Assembly (NCBI GenBank): GCA_963715985.1
Contig: CAVQSP010000013.1
Coordinates: 544,001 to 608,000 of the forward strand
Reading direction: 5' to 3'
Length of the DNA: 64,000 bases
From: an uncultured Thermoleophilia bacterium
GTDB lineage: Bacteria; Actinomycetota; Thermoleophilia; UBA2241
A program made the position numbers and the translations under genes. The notes below the pieces were generated by a model, which was not told the DNA's origin, made no database searches, and worked only from the letters and a program-made list of their open reading frames with translations. Shown here in pieces: positions 49,314 to 60,386 of this stretch (positions are counted from its first letter, which is position 1; each line of letters begins with the position of its first letter).

Positions 49314-50520
49314 GTGGACGGGAGCGACCTGCTGCGGCGGCGCCTGCTGCTGGTGCCCGACGGCATGGCCGACGAGCCCCAGGCGGCGCTCGGCGGTCGC
49401 ACGCCGCTGGAGGCGGCGCACACGCCGTTCATGGACGGGCTGGCGCGCGGCGGCGTGGTGGGCCGCGCGCGTACCGTGCCGGAGGGCATGCCGGCCGGCA
49501 GCGACGTGGCCAACCTGGCCGTGCTGGGCTACGACCCGGCGGCCGTGTTCACCGGGCGCAGCCCGCTGGAGGCCGCCAGCATCGGCGTGACGCTCGGCCC
49601 GCACGACGTCGCCTACCGTCTGAACTTCGTCACCGTCAGCGGCGGGGTGATGAAGGACAACACCGCCGGGCACATCCCCGACGACGAGAGCCGCCGCCTC
49701 GTCGCGGCGCTGGCCGATGCGCTGGGCGGCGGCCCCTTCGAGTTCCACCCCGGCGTCAGCTACCGCAACCTCATGGTGTGGCGGGGCGGCGAGCTGGTGC
49801 CGTGCACGCCGCCGCACGACATCCTCGACCGGCCCGTGGCCGGTTGCCTGCCGGGCGAGGCCGCCGGCTGCGGCGGCGCGGACGGCGCCCGCGCGCTCGG
49901 CGACCTGCTGGCGCGCGCCGACGAGGTGCTCGCCGGCCTCCGCCCGGGCACCAGCGCCTGGTTCTGGGGCGAGGGCACGGCGCCGCGCATGCCCGCGTTC
50001 AAGGACCTGTACGGCCTGCGCGGCGCCGTGGTGGCAGCCGTGGACCTGGTGCGCGGCATCGGCCGCCTGGCCGGGATGGACGTGCTCGACGTGCCCGGCG
50101 CCACCGGCGGTCTGGACACCGACTACGGCGCCAAGGCGCGCGCCGCCATCGGCGCCCTCGAGGACCACGACCTCGTGTGGGTGCACGTGGAGGCGCCCGA
50201 CGAGGCCGGTCACATGGGCGACCTGCGCGAGAAGGTGCGCGCCATCGAGCGCGTCGACGCCGAGGTGCTCGGGCCGATCATGCAGTCGGACATGCACCCG
50301 GCGGCGCATGGTGCTGCCCGACCACTACACGCCGCTGGCCACGCGCACGCACTCGGACCCGCCGGTGCCGTTCGTGGTCAGCGAGCCGGCGCCGGGCCTC
50401 GGCGGCGGCGGCGCCATGACGTTCGGCGAGTCGGACGCGGCCGCGACCGGTCTCCTCGTGGACAGCGGACCCGAACTCATGCGGCTCTTTCTGGAGACGA
50501 CGGGGCAGACTTTCGGGTAG
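49314..50520 (+). CDS. apgM: Cofactor-independent phosphoglycerate mutase, ApgM type; frameshift near 50305
   Basis: PDGMADEP, GSDVANL, GRSPLEA, HVEAPDEAGH, then PDHYTP..RTH..PVPF. Confidence 0.87.
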
Positions 50521-50539
50521 GGGGCCCGGCTCCGAGACC

Positions 50540-52831
50540 ATGACCACGCCACGAGAACAGCCCGAGCGCGCCACAGGCGCGGAGCCCGCACCCGCCCGCG
50601 ACGGGCGCGCCGGCGCGCGCCGCGACATCGTCGCCCCCATGGCGGGGGCTGAACGCCCCGCAGGGCCTGCCGGCGAGCCCGTGGTCACGACGTCGGCCGA
50701 ACGCTACGTGATGAGCGGCGGGCAGGCCGCACGCCTGGTGGTCAAGGAAGGCGACATCTTCCTGTACAGCGACTCCCTCGGCCAGGCGTCGGGGGGCGAG
50801 AACTCGGTGCTCGGCCTGTACTACCAGGACACGCGGTATCTGAGCCGCCTCGAGCTGACCATCGCCGGCCGCAAGCCGGTGCTGCTTTCCTCGACCGCGG
50901 AGCGGGGGTACGCCGCCACCATCGAGCTGACCAACCTCGAGTCGCACACCCCGGACGGCCGCACGCTGCCCCAGGCGACCGTGCACGTGCGGCGTACGCG
51001 CTTCCTCATCCGACTGCGTGCACGAGCACCTGCGCGTGCGCAACTATCAACGCCGTGGACGTGGAGCTGGTGCTGGACCTTCACTTCGACGCCGACTTCG
51101 CCGACCTGTTCGAGGTGCGCGGCCAACGTCGCCGCAGGCGCGGGTCGCGGCTGCCGGACAGGGTCGAGCGCGGACTCACTGGCGCTGCCCTATCTGGGTC
51201 TCGACGAGGTGCCGCGCGAGACGCTGGTGACGTTCACCGACCCGCCGGAGTCGATCAAGCAGGGGCGCGCCCGCTACCGGCTGCGCCTGGCGCCCGGGGA
51301 GCGGGTGACCCTGGCCTTCGACGTGCGCGTGGTGACGCCCGGACGCGCCGGAGTGCCCGAGGACGACGACGCCGGCGTGCGCCTTGCCGCCCTGCGCCGC
51401 GAGCACGAGCGCTGGGACTCGGGCGCCACCGACATCCTCACCGACAACGAGCAGGTCAACAGGGTGCTGCGCCGCGGCCAGGACGACCTGCGCATGCTCT
51501 CCGCGGTGGTCTCCGGGCAGCGGATCCCGCTCTCGGGGCTGCCGTGGTTCGCGGCGCCCATCGGCCGCGAGCTGCTGCTCGTGGGACTGGAGACCCTGCT
51601 GCTGGACCTGCGCTGGGGGCGGGCCGCGGTGGACTTCCTGGGCGGCTTGCAGGGCGCGCAGGAGCGGCCGTACCGCGAGGAACAGCCGGGCAAGATCATG
51701 CACGAGCTGCGGCGCGGAGAGCTGGCCGGCATCAAGGCCATCCCGCACACGCCGTACTACGGCTCCATCGACGCCACGCCGCTCTGGCTGCTGCTGGTCG
51801 CCGAGCTCACCATGTGGACCGGCGATCTGGACGGCTTCGACTACCGCCGCGACGCGGTGGACGCCGCGCTCGCCTGGCTGGACACGTACGGCGACGCGGA
51901 CGGCGACGGCTTCATGGAGTACGGCAAGCGCTCGCGCGCCGGCCTGCGCAACCAGGGCTGGCGCGACGCCGGCGACGCCGTGCTGCACGCTGACGGCACG
52001 CGGGCCGAGGGCCCTATCGCCCTCGCCGAGACGCAGGGCTACGTGTACTACGCCAAGCGGCGCCTCGCGGCCATCTACGGCGAGCTCGGCGACGTGCAGC
52101 GGGCCGAGCGTCTGAGCCTGGAGGCGGCCGAGCTCAAGCGCCGCTTCAACGAGCGCTTCTGGATGGAGGACGAGGAGTTCTTCGCCATGGCTCTGGACGG
52201 CGAGAAGAAGCAGGTCAGGTCCGTGTGCTCGACCATCGGCCACGCCCTGTGGTCGCGCATCGTGGCCGACGAGCACGTGGAGGCCGTCGTGAGGCGGCTC
52301 ATGGCGCAGGACATGTACACCGGCTGGGGCGTGCGCACGTTCAGCAAGGACATGCAGGGGTTCAACCCCATCAGCTTCTACAACGGCAGCGTGTGGCCCT
52401 ACGACACGGCCATCATCGCCAACGGCATGAAGAAGCACGGCTACGTGCAGGAGGCCAACCGCCTCGCCTGGGGGCTCGTGGAAGCTGCGGCCGCGCACGA
52501 GTACGAGCGCCTCCCGGAGATGTTCTGCGGGTTCACGCGGCGCGCCATCAACAAGCCTGTGGCCTTCCCCATGGCGTGCTCGCCGGACGCCGGCGCCGCC
52601 GGCGCGCTCTTCCTCATCCTGCAGAGCATGGTGGGCATCTACGCGCAGGCCGAGGAGAACATCGTGTACGTGCACAACCCGGACCTGCCCAAGTGGCTCG
52701 GCGAGGTCACCCTGAGCAACCTCAAGGTGGGGCGCACCACCATGCGCCTGCGCTTCCGCCGCGAGGGCAGCCAGACCACCTTCGCCGTGCTCGACAAGCA
52801 GGGTCCCGGACGGATCGTGGTGGTGGAGTGA
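50540..52831 (+). CDS. Amylo-alpha-1,6-glucosidase / glycogen-debranching-like glycosidase; local compensating frameshifts ~51010-51180
   Basis: DTRYLS, DFADLFEVRG (shifted frame), GLPWF, EEQPGKIMHE, YYGSIDATPL, NQGWRD, YNGSVWP. Confidence 0.85.
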   Translation: MTTPREQPERATGAEPAPARDGRAGARRDIVAPMAGAERPAGPAGEPVVTTSAERYVMSGGQAARLVVKEGDIFLYSDSLGQASGGENSVLGLYYQDTRYLSRLELTIAGRKPVLLSSTAERGYAATIELTNLESHTPDGRTLPQATVHVRRTRFLIRLRARAPARAQLSTPWTWSWCWTFTSTPTSPTCSRCAANVAAGAGRGCRTGSSADSLALPYLGLDEVPRETLVTFTDPPESIKQGRARYRLRLAPGERVTLAFDVRVVTPGRAGVPEDDDAGVRLAALRREHERWDSGATDILTDNEQVNRVLRRGQDDLRMLSAVVSGQRIPLSGLPWFAAPIGRELLLVGLETLLLDLRWGRAAVDFLGGLQGAQERPYREEQPGKIMHELRRGELAGIKAIPHTPYYGSIDATPLWLLLVAELTMWTGDLDGFDYRRDAVDAALAWLDTYGDADGDGFMEYGKRSRAGLRNQGWRDAGDAVLHADGTRAEGPIALAETQGYVYYAKRRLAAIYGELGDVQRAERLSLEAAELKRRFNERFWMEDEEFFAMALDGEKKQVRSVCSTIGHALWSRIVADEHVEAVVRRLMAQDMYTGWGVRTFSKDMQGFNPISFYNGSVWPYDTAIIANGMKKHGYVQEANRLAWGLVEAAAAHEYERLPEMFCGFTRRAINKPVAFPMACSPDAGAAGALFLILQSMVGIYAQAEENIVYVHNPDLPKWLGEVTLSNLKVGRTTMRLRFRREGSQTTFAVLDKQGPGRIVVVE

Positions 52832-53622
52832 TGAGCGGCGAGCGCCTCACCATCGCCCACATCTCCGACCTGCATGCGGGCTCGCCCTACTTCGTCCCCA
52901 GCCTCATGGACCGCGTGGTGGTGGAGCTCAACGAGCTCGCCCCGGACGTGGTGGTGTGCACCGGCGACCTCACCGAGATGGGCTTCCGCCAGGACTACGT
53001 GCAGGCGCGCGAGTACCTGGAGCGCATCGAATGTCCGCAGCTGGTCGTCATCCCCGGCAACCACGACGCACGCAACGTGGGGTACGTGCACTTCGAGGAG
53101 CTCATCGGGCCGCGCTGGCAGACGCTGCACCTCGACCAGGTGACCATCGTCGCGGAGGACTCCACCGAGCCCGACCTGGATCACGGGCAGATCGGGCGGG
53201 CGCGCTACACGTGGCTGCGCGAGCAGTTCTCGCGCCCGGCCGCGTTCCGCGTGTTCATGCTGCACCACCACCTCCTGCCGGTGCCCGGCACGGGGCGGGA
53301 GCGCAACATCGTCTACGACGCGGGGGACCTGCTCGAAGAGCTGCAGGCCTGCCGCGTGAACCTCGTGCTCTCGGGCCACAAGCACGTGCCCTACGCCTGG
53401 CGGCTGGAGAGCCTCTTCGTGGTCAACGCCGGGACGTGCAGCTCTCTGCGCCTTCGGGGGAACACAAAGGCGTGCTACAACATCGTCCGTCTGGACGGCG
53501 ATACCGTGAACGTAGTGCGCAAGTTCCCGTTCCACGGCACGGAGACGCTCATCGACTTCGTGCCGTCCACGGCGTCGTTCGAGAAGTACGTCTGTCCGGT
53601 GCCCGGGGAGGAGCCGAGATAG
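52831..53622 (+). CDS. Calcineurin-like metallophosphoesterase
   Basis: HISDLH, TGDLT, PGNHD, LHHH, LSGHKH. Confidence 0.9.
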   Translation: MSGERLTIAHISDLHAGSPYFVPSLMDRVVVELNELAPDVVVCTGDLTEMGFRQDYVQAREYLERIECPQLVVIPGNHDARNVGYVHFEELIGPRWQTLHLDQVTIVAEDSTEPDLDHGQIGRARYTWLREQFSRPAAFRVFMLHHHLLPVPGTGRERNIVYDAGDLLEELQACRVNLVLSGHKHVPYAWRLESLFVVNAGTCSSLRLRGNTKACYNIVRLDGDTVNVVRKFPFHGTETLIDFVPSTASFEKYVCPVPGEEPR

Positions 53623-55116
53623 AAGCAGAAGCTCCCGCGCGCCGTGGTCCTCGTGGACGGCGAGCACTACCCGCCGGTGGTGGCCGCCGCCCTCGAAGGG
53701 CTGCGGCGGCGGTACCAGTCGTGGTCGCCGGGCTGTTCGCCGGCGGGCGCGAGAAGCTGCGCGGCGGCGAGGGCGAGGCGCTCGGCGGCCTCGCCGCCGA
53801 GCTCGGGCTGTCCGCGCCTCGACGCCGTCGACCCCGTGCGGGGCGACTCCGGCCGAGACCTTGGACGCCACGCGGGCGGCCTGCGCGCGGCGCGCGCCGC
53901 GGTGCTCGTGGACCTCTCGGACGAGCCGGTGGTGGGGTACCGCGAGCGCTTCCTCCTGATGAGCGCCGCGCTCGCCGAGGGCGCGCGCTACGAGGCCGCC
54001 GACACGGAGGTGCGGCCGCAGGAGTTCGCGCGCCTCGGGCGCCATGCCGGCGCTCGTGCGTGCTCGGCACCGGCAAGCGCGTCGGCAAGACCGCCGTGAG
54101 CGGCTGGCTGGCGCGGCGTCTGGACGCCGCCCTGCGGGAGCAGCGGCGGCGTGATCGTCGTGGCCATGGGCCGCGGCGGGCCGCCGGAGCCGGAGCTCGT
54201 GCCGGGCCGCGACGGGCTCGGCGTGGCCGAGCTGCTCGCGGCCTCGCGCCGCGGCCGGCACGCCGCCAGCGACTGCTACGAGGACGCGGTGCTCGCCGGC
54301 GTGCCTGCCGTCGGCTGTCGCCGCTGCGGCGGCGGCCTGGCCGGGGCGCCGTTCGACGACACCGTGCGCGCCGCCCTGCCGCTGGTGGAGGCGAGCGGCG
54401 CCGCGCTCGCCGTCGTGGAGGGCAGCGGCGCCGTGGTGCCGCCGGTGGCCTGCGACGCGACCCTGTGCGTGTCCGGCGCCGCCCAGCCGCCCGAGTACGT
54501 GGTCGGCCTGCTCGGCACGTACCGGCTGCTGCTCAGCGACGCGCTCGTGCTCACGCAGTGCGAGCCGCCCTTCGCCGACGAGGCGGGCGTGGCCGCGCTG
54601 GCCGCGGCGGCCCGCGCCGTGCGACCCGGCCTGCGCGTGGTGCCCACCGTGTTCCGGCCACGGCCGGCGCAGCCCGTGCGCGGGCGTCGGGTGGCCTTCT
54701 TCACCACCGCGCCGGAGGCCGCCGTGCCGCGGCTCGCGCAGGCGCTCGCCGAGGACCACGGCGCCGAGGTCGTGCTCGTCTCCACCGACCTCGCCGACCG
54801 CGCCCGGCTCGCGCCCGCCGTGGCGCGCGCCGCCCGCGAGGCCGACGTCTTCCTCTGCGAGATCAAGGCCGCGGCCGTGGACGTGGTCGCCGAAGGCGCC
54901 GAGGCGGCCGGCCGCGAGCTCGTGTTCTGCGACAACGAGCCGGTCTCGCTCGGCCCGGACCTCGGCGGGGTCGTGGACGAGCTGGCCGCGCTGGCCGCGG
55001 AGCGCTTCGCCGCCCGCGGCCCCACCCGCGGCCCCGCCGGCGGCACCTCCGCGCGGCCCCGCCGGCGAGCGCCACACGCCCGGCCACCTACGGGGGAGGT
55101 GCGCGATGGACGGTGA
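53623..55116 (+). CDS. cpgS: Cyclic 2,3-diphosphoglycerate synthetase; several frameshifts, start uncertain
   Basis: LVDGEHYPPV, DLSDEPV, GTGKRVGKTAVS, VAMGRGGPPEP, HAASDCYEDA, GCRRCGGGLAG, EGSG, EIKAAAVDVV. Confidence 0.85.
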
Positions 55117-56040
55117 CGCAGACGTGCGCCTCATCGACCCGGACGACCCGGCCCCGTTCAGCAAAGGCCTGATGGCGCAGACGCTGATGGCCACCGGCCT
55201 CGCGCCCGAGCACGCGTATCTGGTGGCGGCCGCCGTGGAGCGGCGCCTGCGGCGCCAGGGTGCGGCGGCCCTCACCCTCGCCGACCTTCACGAGATCGCC
55301 TGCGAGGAGCTCGGGCAGCTCGAGGGCGACACGCTCATCCAGCGCTTCCGCCAGTGGCAGAAGCTGCGCCGTCTCGAGACGCCGCTCATCGTGCTCATCG
55401 GCGGCGCCACCGGCGTCGGCAAGAGCACGCTCGCCACCGAGCTCGCGCACCGTCTCGGCATCACCCGCGTGATCAGCACCGACATGGTCCGCCAGACCAT
55501 GCGCGCCTTCTTCGCCGCCCGAGCTGATGCCGGCCATCCACACGTCCTCGTTCGACGCCTCCGCGGCCGTGCGCGTGCCCATGCCGCGCGACACCGACCT
55601 CACCAGGGTCGGGTTCATCGAGCAGACCAAAGCCATCAGCGTGGGCATCGAGGCGATCGTGCAGCGCGGCATCGACGAGGGGCAGCAGATGGTGGTGGAG
55701 GGTGTGCACCTGGTGCCGGGGTTCCTCGACCGCGCGCGCTGGGGCGAGGCCATCGTGCTCGAGTTCGTGCTGGCCGTGGGCGACAGGACCAGACACCGCG
55801 GCAACTTCACCGTGCGCGACTGGGAGACGGGCGGCCTGCGCCCGCTGCAGCGCTACGTGGAGCACTTCGCCGAGATCCGCCGCATCCAGAAGTACATCGT
55901 GGGAAGGGCGGAGGCCCAGGGCGTACCCGTGGTGGACGCGCCGAGCCTCGACGAGAGCCTCAGTGAGGTGCTCGGCACCATCCTGCACCGCGTGGAGGAG
56001 TGGCAGACCCGCCGGCTGAACCGTCTGCGGTCGCGGTCCA
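55106..56040 (+). CDS. pgk2: 2-phosphoglycerate kinase; frameshift near 55520, 3' end uncertain
   Basis: PFSKGLMA, PLIVLIGGATGVGKST, ISTDMVRQ.MR, IHTSSF, VVEGVHLVPG. Confidence 0.83.
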
Positions 56041-56274
56041 CGCAATCGGGTATACTCAAGTCACTCCCCTTCCGGTCGCTCATCCGCGCGACGTCCCGTG
56101 ACGTGAGGCCCGGAGAAATCTGCAGTAGGAATCTCTTGCACGGTGTGACATACTCTGCTCCGGAGTCCGCACGGACCCCGCCCTTCATCACAGCATCCAC
56201 CTCTACTCGTTCGACATCTCCCGCACGTACTGGCTGCGAGCCGCGTGGGGCGATGTCAGAGGTCTCGGGAGCCC

Positions 56275-57970
56275 ATGGACACTGACGAACAGACAGATCA
56301 GACGACCGTACCCACCACGCCCGCCGTGCCGTCCATGGAGACGGCACCCGCAGGCGCCCGTAGCGACCAAGCCGGCCCGCAAGCCGTCCGCGCGCAAGAC
56401 CGCGGCGGCGGCCGCCGCCAACGGCGACGGCGCCGACACGGCCTCCGCCGACCGAGCCGGCCGCCGGCCGCCGCGCCGGAGCCCCGCCGTCGAGCCCCGG
56501 CCACGCCGCCTGCCGGCGACTCGCTCCGGCCACCGCCCCCGAGGCGCTGCCGGTCAGCGCGGCCCCGCGCGCAGCTTGCCGCGCGCCGACGCCCCTGCGT
56601 TTGCAGGCGCGCCCGCCGAGACGGCCACGTCCACCATCGAGGCGCCGTCGGCTCCACCGGCCGAGGGCGGCGCGTCTGACGCCCCGCCCACCTCCGCCGA
56701 CGGCGACGGCGACCGCTACGGCGGCCAGCAACGTCCGGGCCAACAGGGTCAGCAGGGCCAGCAGCGCCAGCAGGGCAAAGGCAAGAACCGCCGCGGCCGC
56801 GACAAGCAGCGCCAGGGCGGCGGTGGCGGCGGTGGCGAGCAGGTGCGCGACGACCGCCCGTCCATCCCGTGTACCGGCATCCTCGACGTGCTCCCGGACG
56901 GTTTCGGGTTCCTGCGCACCAACGGGTTCACGCAGGGCGACCGCGACGTCTACGTGTCGCTCAGCCAGATCCGCCGCTTCGGCCTGCGCCGCGGCGACGA
57001 GATCCTCGGCCAGGTGCGCGAGCCCAAGGACAACGAGAAGTACAACGCGCTGCTCAAGATCGACATGGTCAACGGGGTCGACCCGGACACGGCGCGCAAG
57101 CGCCCGCTGTTCGAGCAGCTCACGCCGCTGTACCCCGAGGAGCGTCTGCGTCTGGAGACCGAGGAGCACGACACCGCGGCGCGCATCATGGACCTGCTGT
57201 GCCCCGTCGGCAAGGGCCAGCGCGGGCTCATCGTCTCGCCGCCCAAGGCGGGCAAGACCACCATCCTCAAGAAGCTGGCCAACTCCATCGCCGTCAACAA
57301 CCCCGACGTGGACCTCTTCGTGCTGCTCGTGGACGAGCGCCCGGAGGAAGTCACCGACATGGAGCGCTCGGTGGTCGGCACCGTGGTGTCCAGCACCTTC
57401 GACCAGCCCAGCGAGAACCACGTCCAGGTCACCGAGCTGGTGCTGGACCGCGTCAAGCGCCTCGTCGAGATGGGCCGCGACGTCGTCGTGCTGCTCGACT
57501 CCATCACGCGCATGGCGCGCGCCTTCAACCTCAACACGCCGGCCAGCGGCCGCATCCTCTCGGGCGGCGTGGACAGCACGGCGCTGTACCCGCCCAAGAA
57601 GTTCTTCGGGGCCGCCCGCAACATCGAGGAGGGCGGCTCGCTCACCATCCTCGCCACGGCGCTGGTGGACACCGGCTCCCGCATGGACGAGGTCATCTTC
57701 GAGGAGTTCAAGGGCACCGGCAACCTCGAGATCCGCCTGGACAGGCGGCTCGCCGACAAGCGCATCTTCCCGGCCATCGACATCGAGATGACCGGCACGC
57801 GCAAGGAGGAGCTGCTCATGGAGCCCGCCGAGGCGGCCGCCGTGTGGAAGCTCCGCGGCGTGCTGCACAGCCTCGAGCCGTCGGCGGCCATCGAGCTGCT
57901 CATCAAGAAGGTCCGCGAGACCAAGAGCAACGCCGAGTTCCTCAGCGCGCTGCAGAAGAACTCGCGCTAG
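56275..57970 (+). CDS. rho: Transcription termination factor Rho with long low-complexity N-terminal extension (frameshifted)
   Basis: [55 protein letters not shown]. Confidence 0.95.
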
Positions 57971-58034
57971 TCGGACCGCTCGGCCGCGGACGCTGCGCAC
58001 GGGCGAGGTCTCATGCTGAGCGGGGGATCGCATC

Positions 58035-58838
58035 GTGACGGGTGAGTCCGGCGGCGTCTGGCGGGTGCCGTTCGTCAAGGCGTCCGCCTGTGGCAACGAT
58101 TTCCTGCTCATCGAGGAGCGGTTCGCTCCCGTGGACCTCGCCGTGATCACGCGTCGCGCCTGCGACCGCCACGAGGGCGTGGGTGCCGACGGTGTGGAGT
58201 GGCTGTCGGCCGACGACGAGGCCGACATCGCCGCCAGGCTCATCAACGCCGACGGCTCCTCCGCCGAGATCTCCGGCAACGGTACGCGCTGCGTCGCCGC
58301 CCTGCTCGCGTCGGCCCACGACCACGAGACCTTCACCGTGCGCACAGGCTACGGCATCCGTATCTGCCAGCTTGTCTCGCGCAAGGATCCCGACTTCGAG
58401 TTCGACATCGACATGTGGGCGCCGCACATCGGCGAGCCGGAGACCCTCGAGCTCTCCTGCGGGCCCGTGACGGGCACGCCGGTGTCGACCGGCAACCCGC
58501 ACTTCGTCGTCCTCGTGGACGCATTTGCGCCCGGGTGGCAGGGGATGGCCGCGGAGCTCGAAGCGCATCCGCGGTTCCCCGAGCGCACCAACGTGGAGCT
58601 CGTGCGCGTCGTCGCGCCCGACGAAGTGGAGGCGCGCGTCTTCGAGCGCGGCGCGGGAGAGACGCGCTCGTCCGGCACCGGCTCGGTCGCCGCGGCCGTG
58701 GCCGCCATCGCCGCCGGCCTTGTGCGCTCGCCGGTGCGCGTCGTCACGCCCGGCGGCGCGCAGACGGTGGTCTGGGACGGCGCCCTGACGCTGCGGGGCA
58801 CGGCGCGGCTGGTCTGCGCCGGGTCGTTCTACCTCTGA
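58035..58838 (+). CDS. dapF: Diaminopimelate epimerase-like protein with Ser at both catalytic Cys positions
   Basis: K..ACGNDF, GVGADG, NADGS.AEISGNG.RC, GNPH, FPERTNVE, ERGAGETRSSGTG. Confidence 0.8.
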   Translation: MTGESGGVWRVPFVKASACGNDFLLIEERFAPVDLAVITRRACDRHEGVGADGVEWLSADDEADIAARLINADGSSAEISGNGTRCVAALLASAHDHETFTVRTGYGIRICQLVSRKDPDFEFDIDMWAPHIGEPETLELSCGPVTGTPVSTGNPHFVVLVDAFAPGWQGMAAELEAHPRFPERTNVELVRVVAPDEVEARVFERGAGETRSSGTGSVAAAVAAIAAGLVRSPVRVVTPGGAQTVVWDGALTLRGTARLVCAGSFYL

Positions 58839-59063
58839 GCCGGTGCGCCGTGGCGGCTTCGCCGCCACGGTCGGCCGGGGTAGCATGAGAATCCAGCGGT
58901 AGATGAAGGATCTTCATGGTGCGCAGGAACGCGTGGCTGTGATCCACCCGGGGATCGCCGGCATCCTCGGGTGGAGAGAGTCGAGGCAGTGCCCGCGAGC
59001 GAGCTCGTCGAGGCCGGGACGCTTTTCTCGCGGGATGACCGAACGGGGCCGGCGCTGCGCCCG

Positions 59064-60380
59064 TCAGAGCGCCCGGCCGCCGATGCCGTTCACGCCGAGC
59101 GCGACGAGACGCTCGACCAGGGCCGGCCGGCCGATGTGCTGCACCTCGCAGCCCGCGGCCAGCGCCATGGCGGCACCCACGCCGGCGGCCTGACCCATGA
59201 TCATGCACTGGGGCATGCCGCGCCCGGTGGCGTAGGTCTCGAGGTCGACCGAGCGTGCCCTGCCGGCGAACAGCAGGTTCTTCACCGACCGCGGCACCAG
59301 CGTCCTGAACGGGACGGTGTAGTACTCGCCGGGCGGCAGGGCGGCCTCGTGCGAGTAGAAGCTCGAGGTCTCGTCGCGGAACACCTCGTCGAGCGGGCTG
59401 TCCGCGGCCACGATACCGTCTTCGAACTTCGTGGCCGCGGCCACGTCCTCGCGCGTCAGCGTGTAGAGGCCCTCAAGCCGCCTGCCCTCACGCACGCCCA
59501 CCACCGGGCCGATGCGCGAGACGTAGGCGTGCTCGAACCCGGGCATCTCGTCGCGGCAGAACGAGGCCAGCGCCATCACCTGGCGCCGTGCCTTCAGGGT
59601 CGCGCCGGCGACGCTTCTCATGTCGCTGCCGTCCACCCCGGTGACCGTGACCGTGTTGAAGTAGACGGAACCCTGCCGCAGGCCCTTGAGCATGTAGATC
59701 TGCGGCAGCGTCTCGGGGAGCCTGCCCTGGGCGATGCCCTTCTGCGCATACCGCGTGTGGTAGGGGTCGGATGCGTCGGCGAACGCCAGGGACCAGTCCA
59801 CGTTCTCCATGAAGAACGTGAGCGTGGCGCCCATCGTGCGGCCGTGGCTGTCGCCGGTGGCGCTCGGCACGCCCGCCAGGGCGGCGACGTCTCCGTTGCC
59901 GGTGCAGTCGACGAAGATGCCGGCGGTGAGGCGCTCGCTGCCCTGAGGGGAGACGACGTCGACGGAGCGCACGGCGCGGTCGTCGACAACCACGTTCACC
60001 GGCAGGTGGTTCAGCAGCAGCTCGACGCCGGCGCCCGCCAGCAGCTCGTACAGCTCCGACAGCATCACATCGTAGTCGTACACGACCTCGTCGCCGAAGT
60101 TCTCGAGGTCGCACGGGCGGCGCTCGGCGGCTGGCGGGTCGTGCGTTTGCAGCCGGTTCACGAGCTCTTCGAAGAAGCCGCCCACGCTGGTGCCGCACGG
60201 GTAGCCGGAGCCCAGCATCATGCCGGGACAGGACGAGATGACACCGCCGATGACGTTCTGGAGCTCGACGAGGCGCACGGAACAGCCCTCGCGCGCCGCC
60301 ACCACGGCGGCGGCGATGCCGGCCGGGCCGGCGCCGAAGACGAGAACGTCGGTGTGTGAAGGAAGCACGGGCGATGGCAT
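59064..60380 (-). CDS. FAD-dependent oxidoreductase
   Basis: DVLVFGAGPAG, FVDCTGNGD, GVREGRRL.G, YTVPFRTLVP, MGQAAG. Confidence 0.85.
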   Translation of the reverse strand: MPSPVLPSHTDVLVFGAGPAGIAAAVVAAREGCSVRLVELQNVIGGVISSCPGMMLGSGYPCGTSVGGFFEELVNRLQTHDPPAAERRPCDLENFGDEVVYDYDVMLSELYELLAGAGVELLLNHLPVNVVVDDRAVRSVDVVSPQGSERLTAGIFVDCTGNGDVAALAGVPSATGDSHGRTMGATLTFFMENVDWSLAFADASDPYHTRYAQKGIAQGRLPETLPQIYMLKGLRQGSVYFNTVTVTGVDGSDMRSVAGATLKARRQVMALASFCRDEMPGFEHAYVSRIGPVVGVREGRRLEGLYTLTREDVAAATKFEDGIVAADSPLDEVFRDETSSFYSHEAALPPGEYYTVPFRTLVPRSVKNLLFAGRARSVDLETYATGRGMPQCMIMGQAAGVGAAMALAAGCEVQHIGRPALVERLVALGVNGIGGRAL

Positions 60381-60386
60381 GACTAT

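Noticed and set aside
8660-56600. Mass pseudogenisation or programmed frameshifting (pylB, uppP, pmbA, yacP, cobO, apgM, cpgS, pgk2, rho and others)
   Set aside because: Small indels hit housekeeping genes too, with no nonsense decay or shared slippery site; long-read consensus error is more likely
58885-59193. ORF MRIQR-TAG-MKDLH as a Pyl protein
   Set aside because: No recognisable domain, and it overlaps the antisense oxidoreductase
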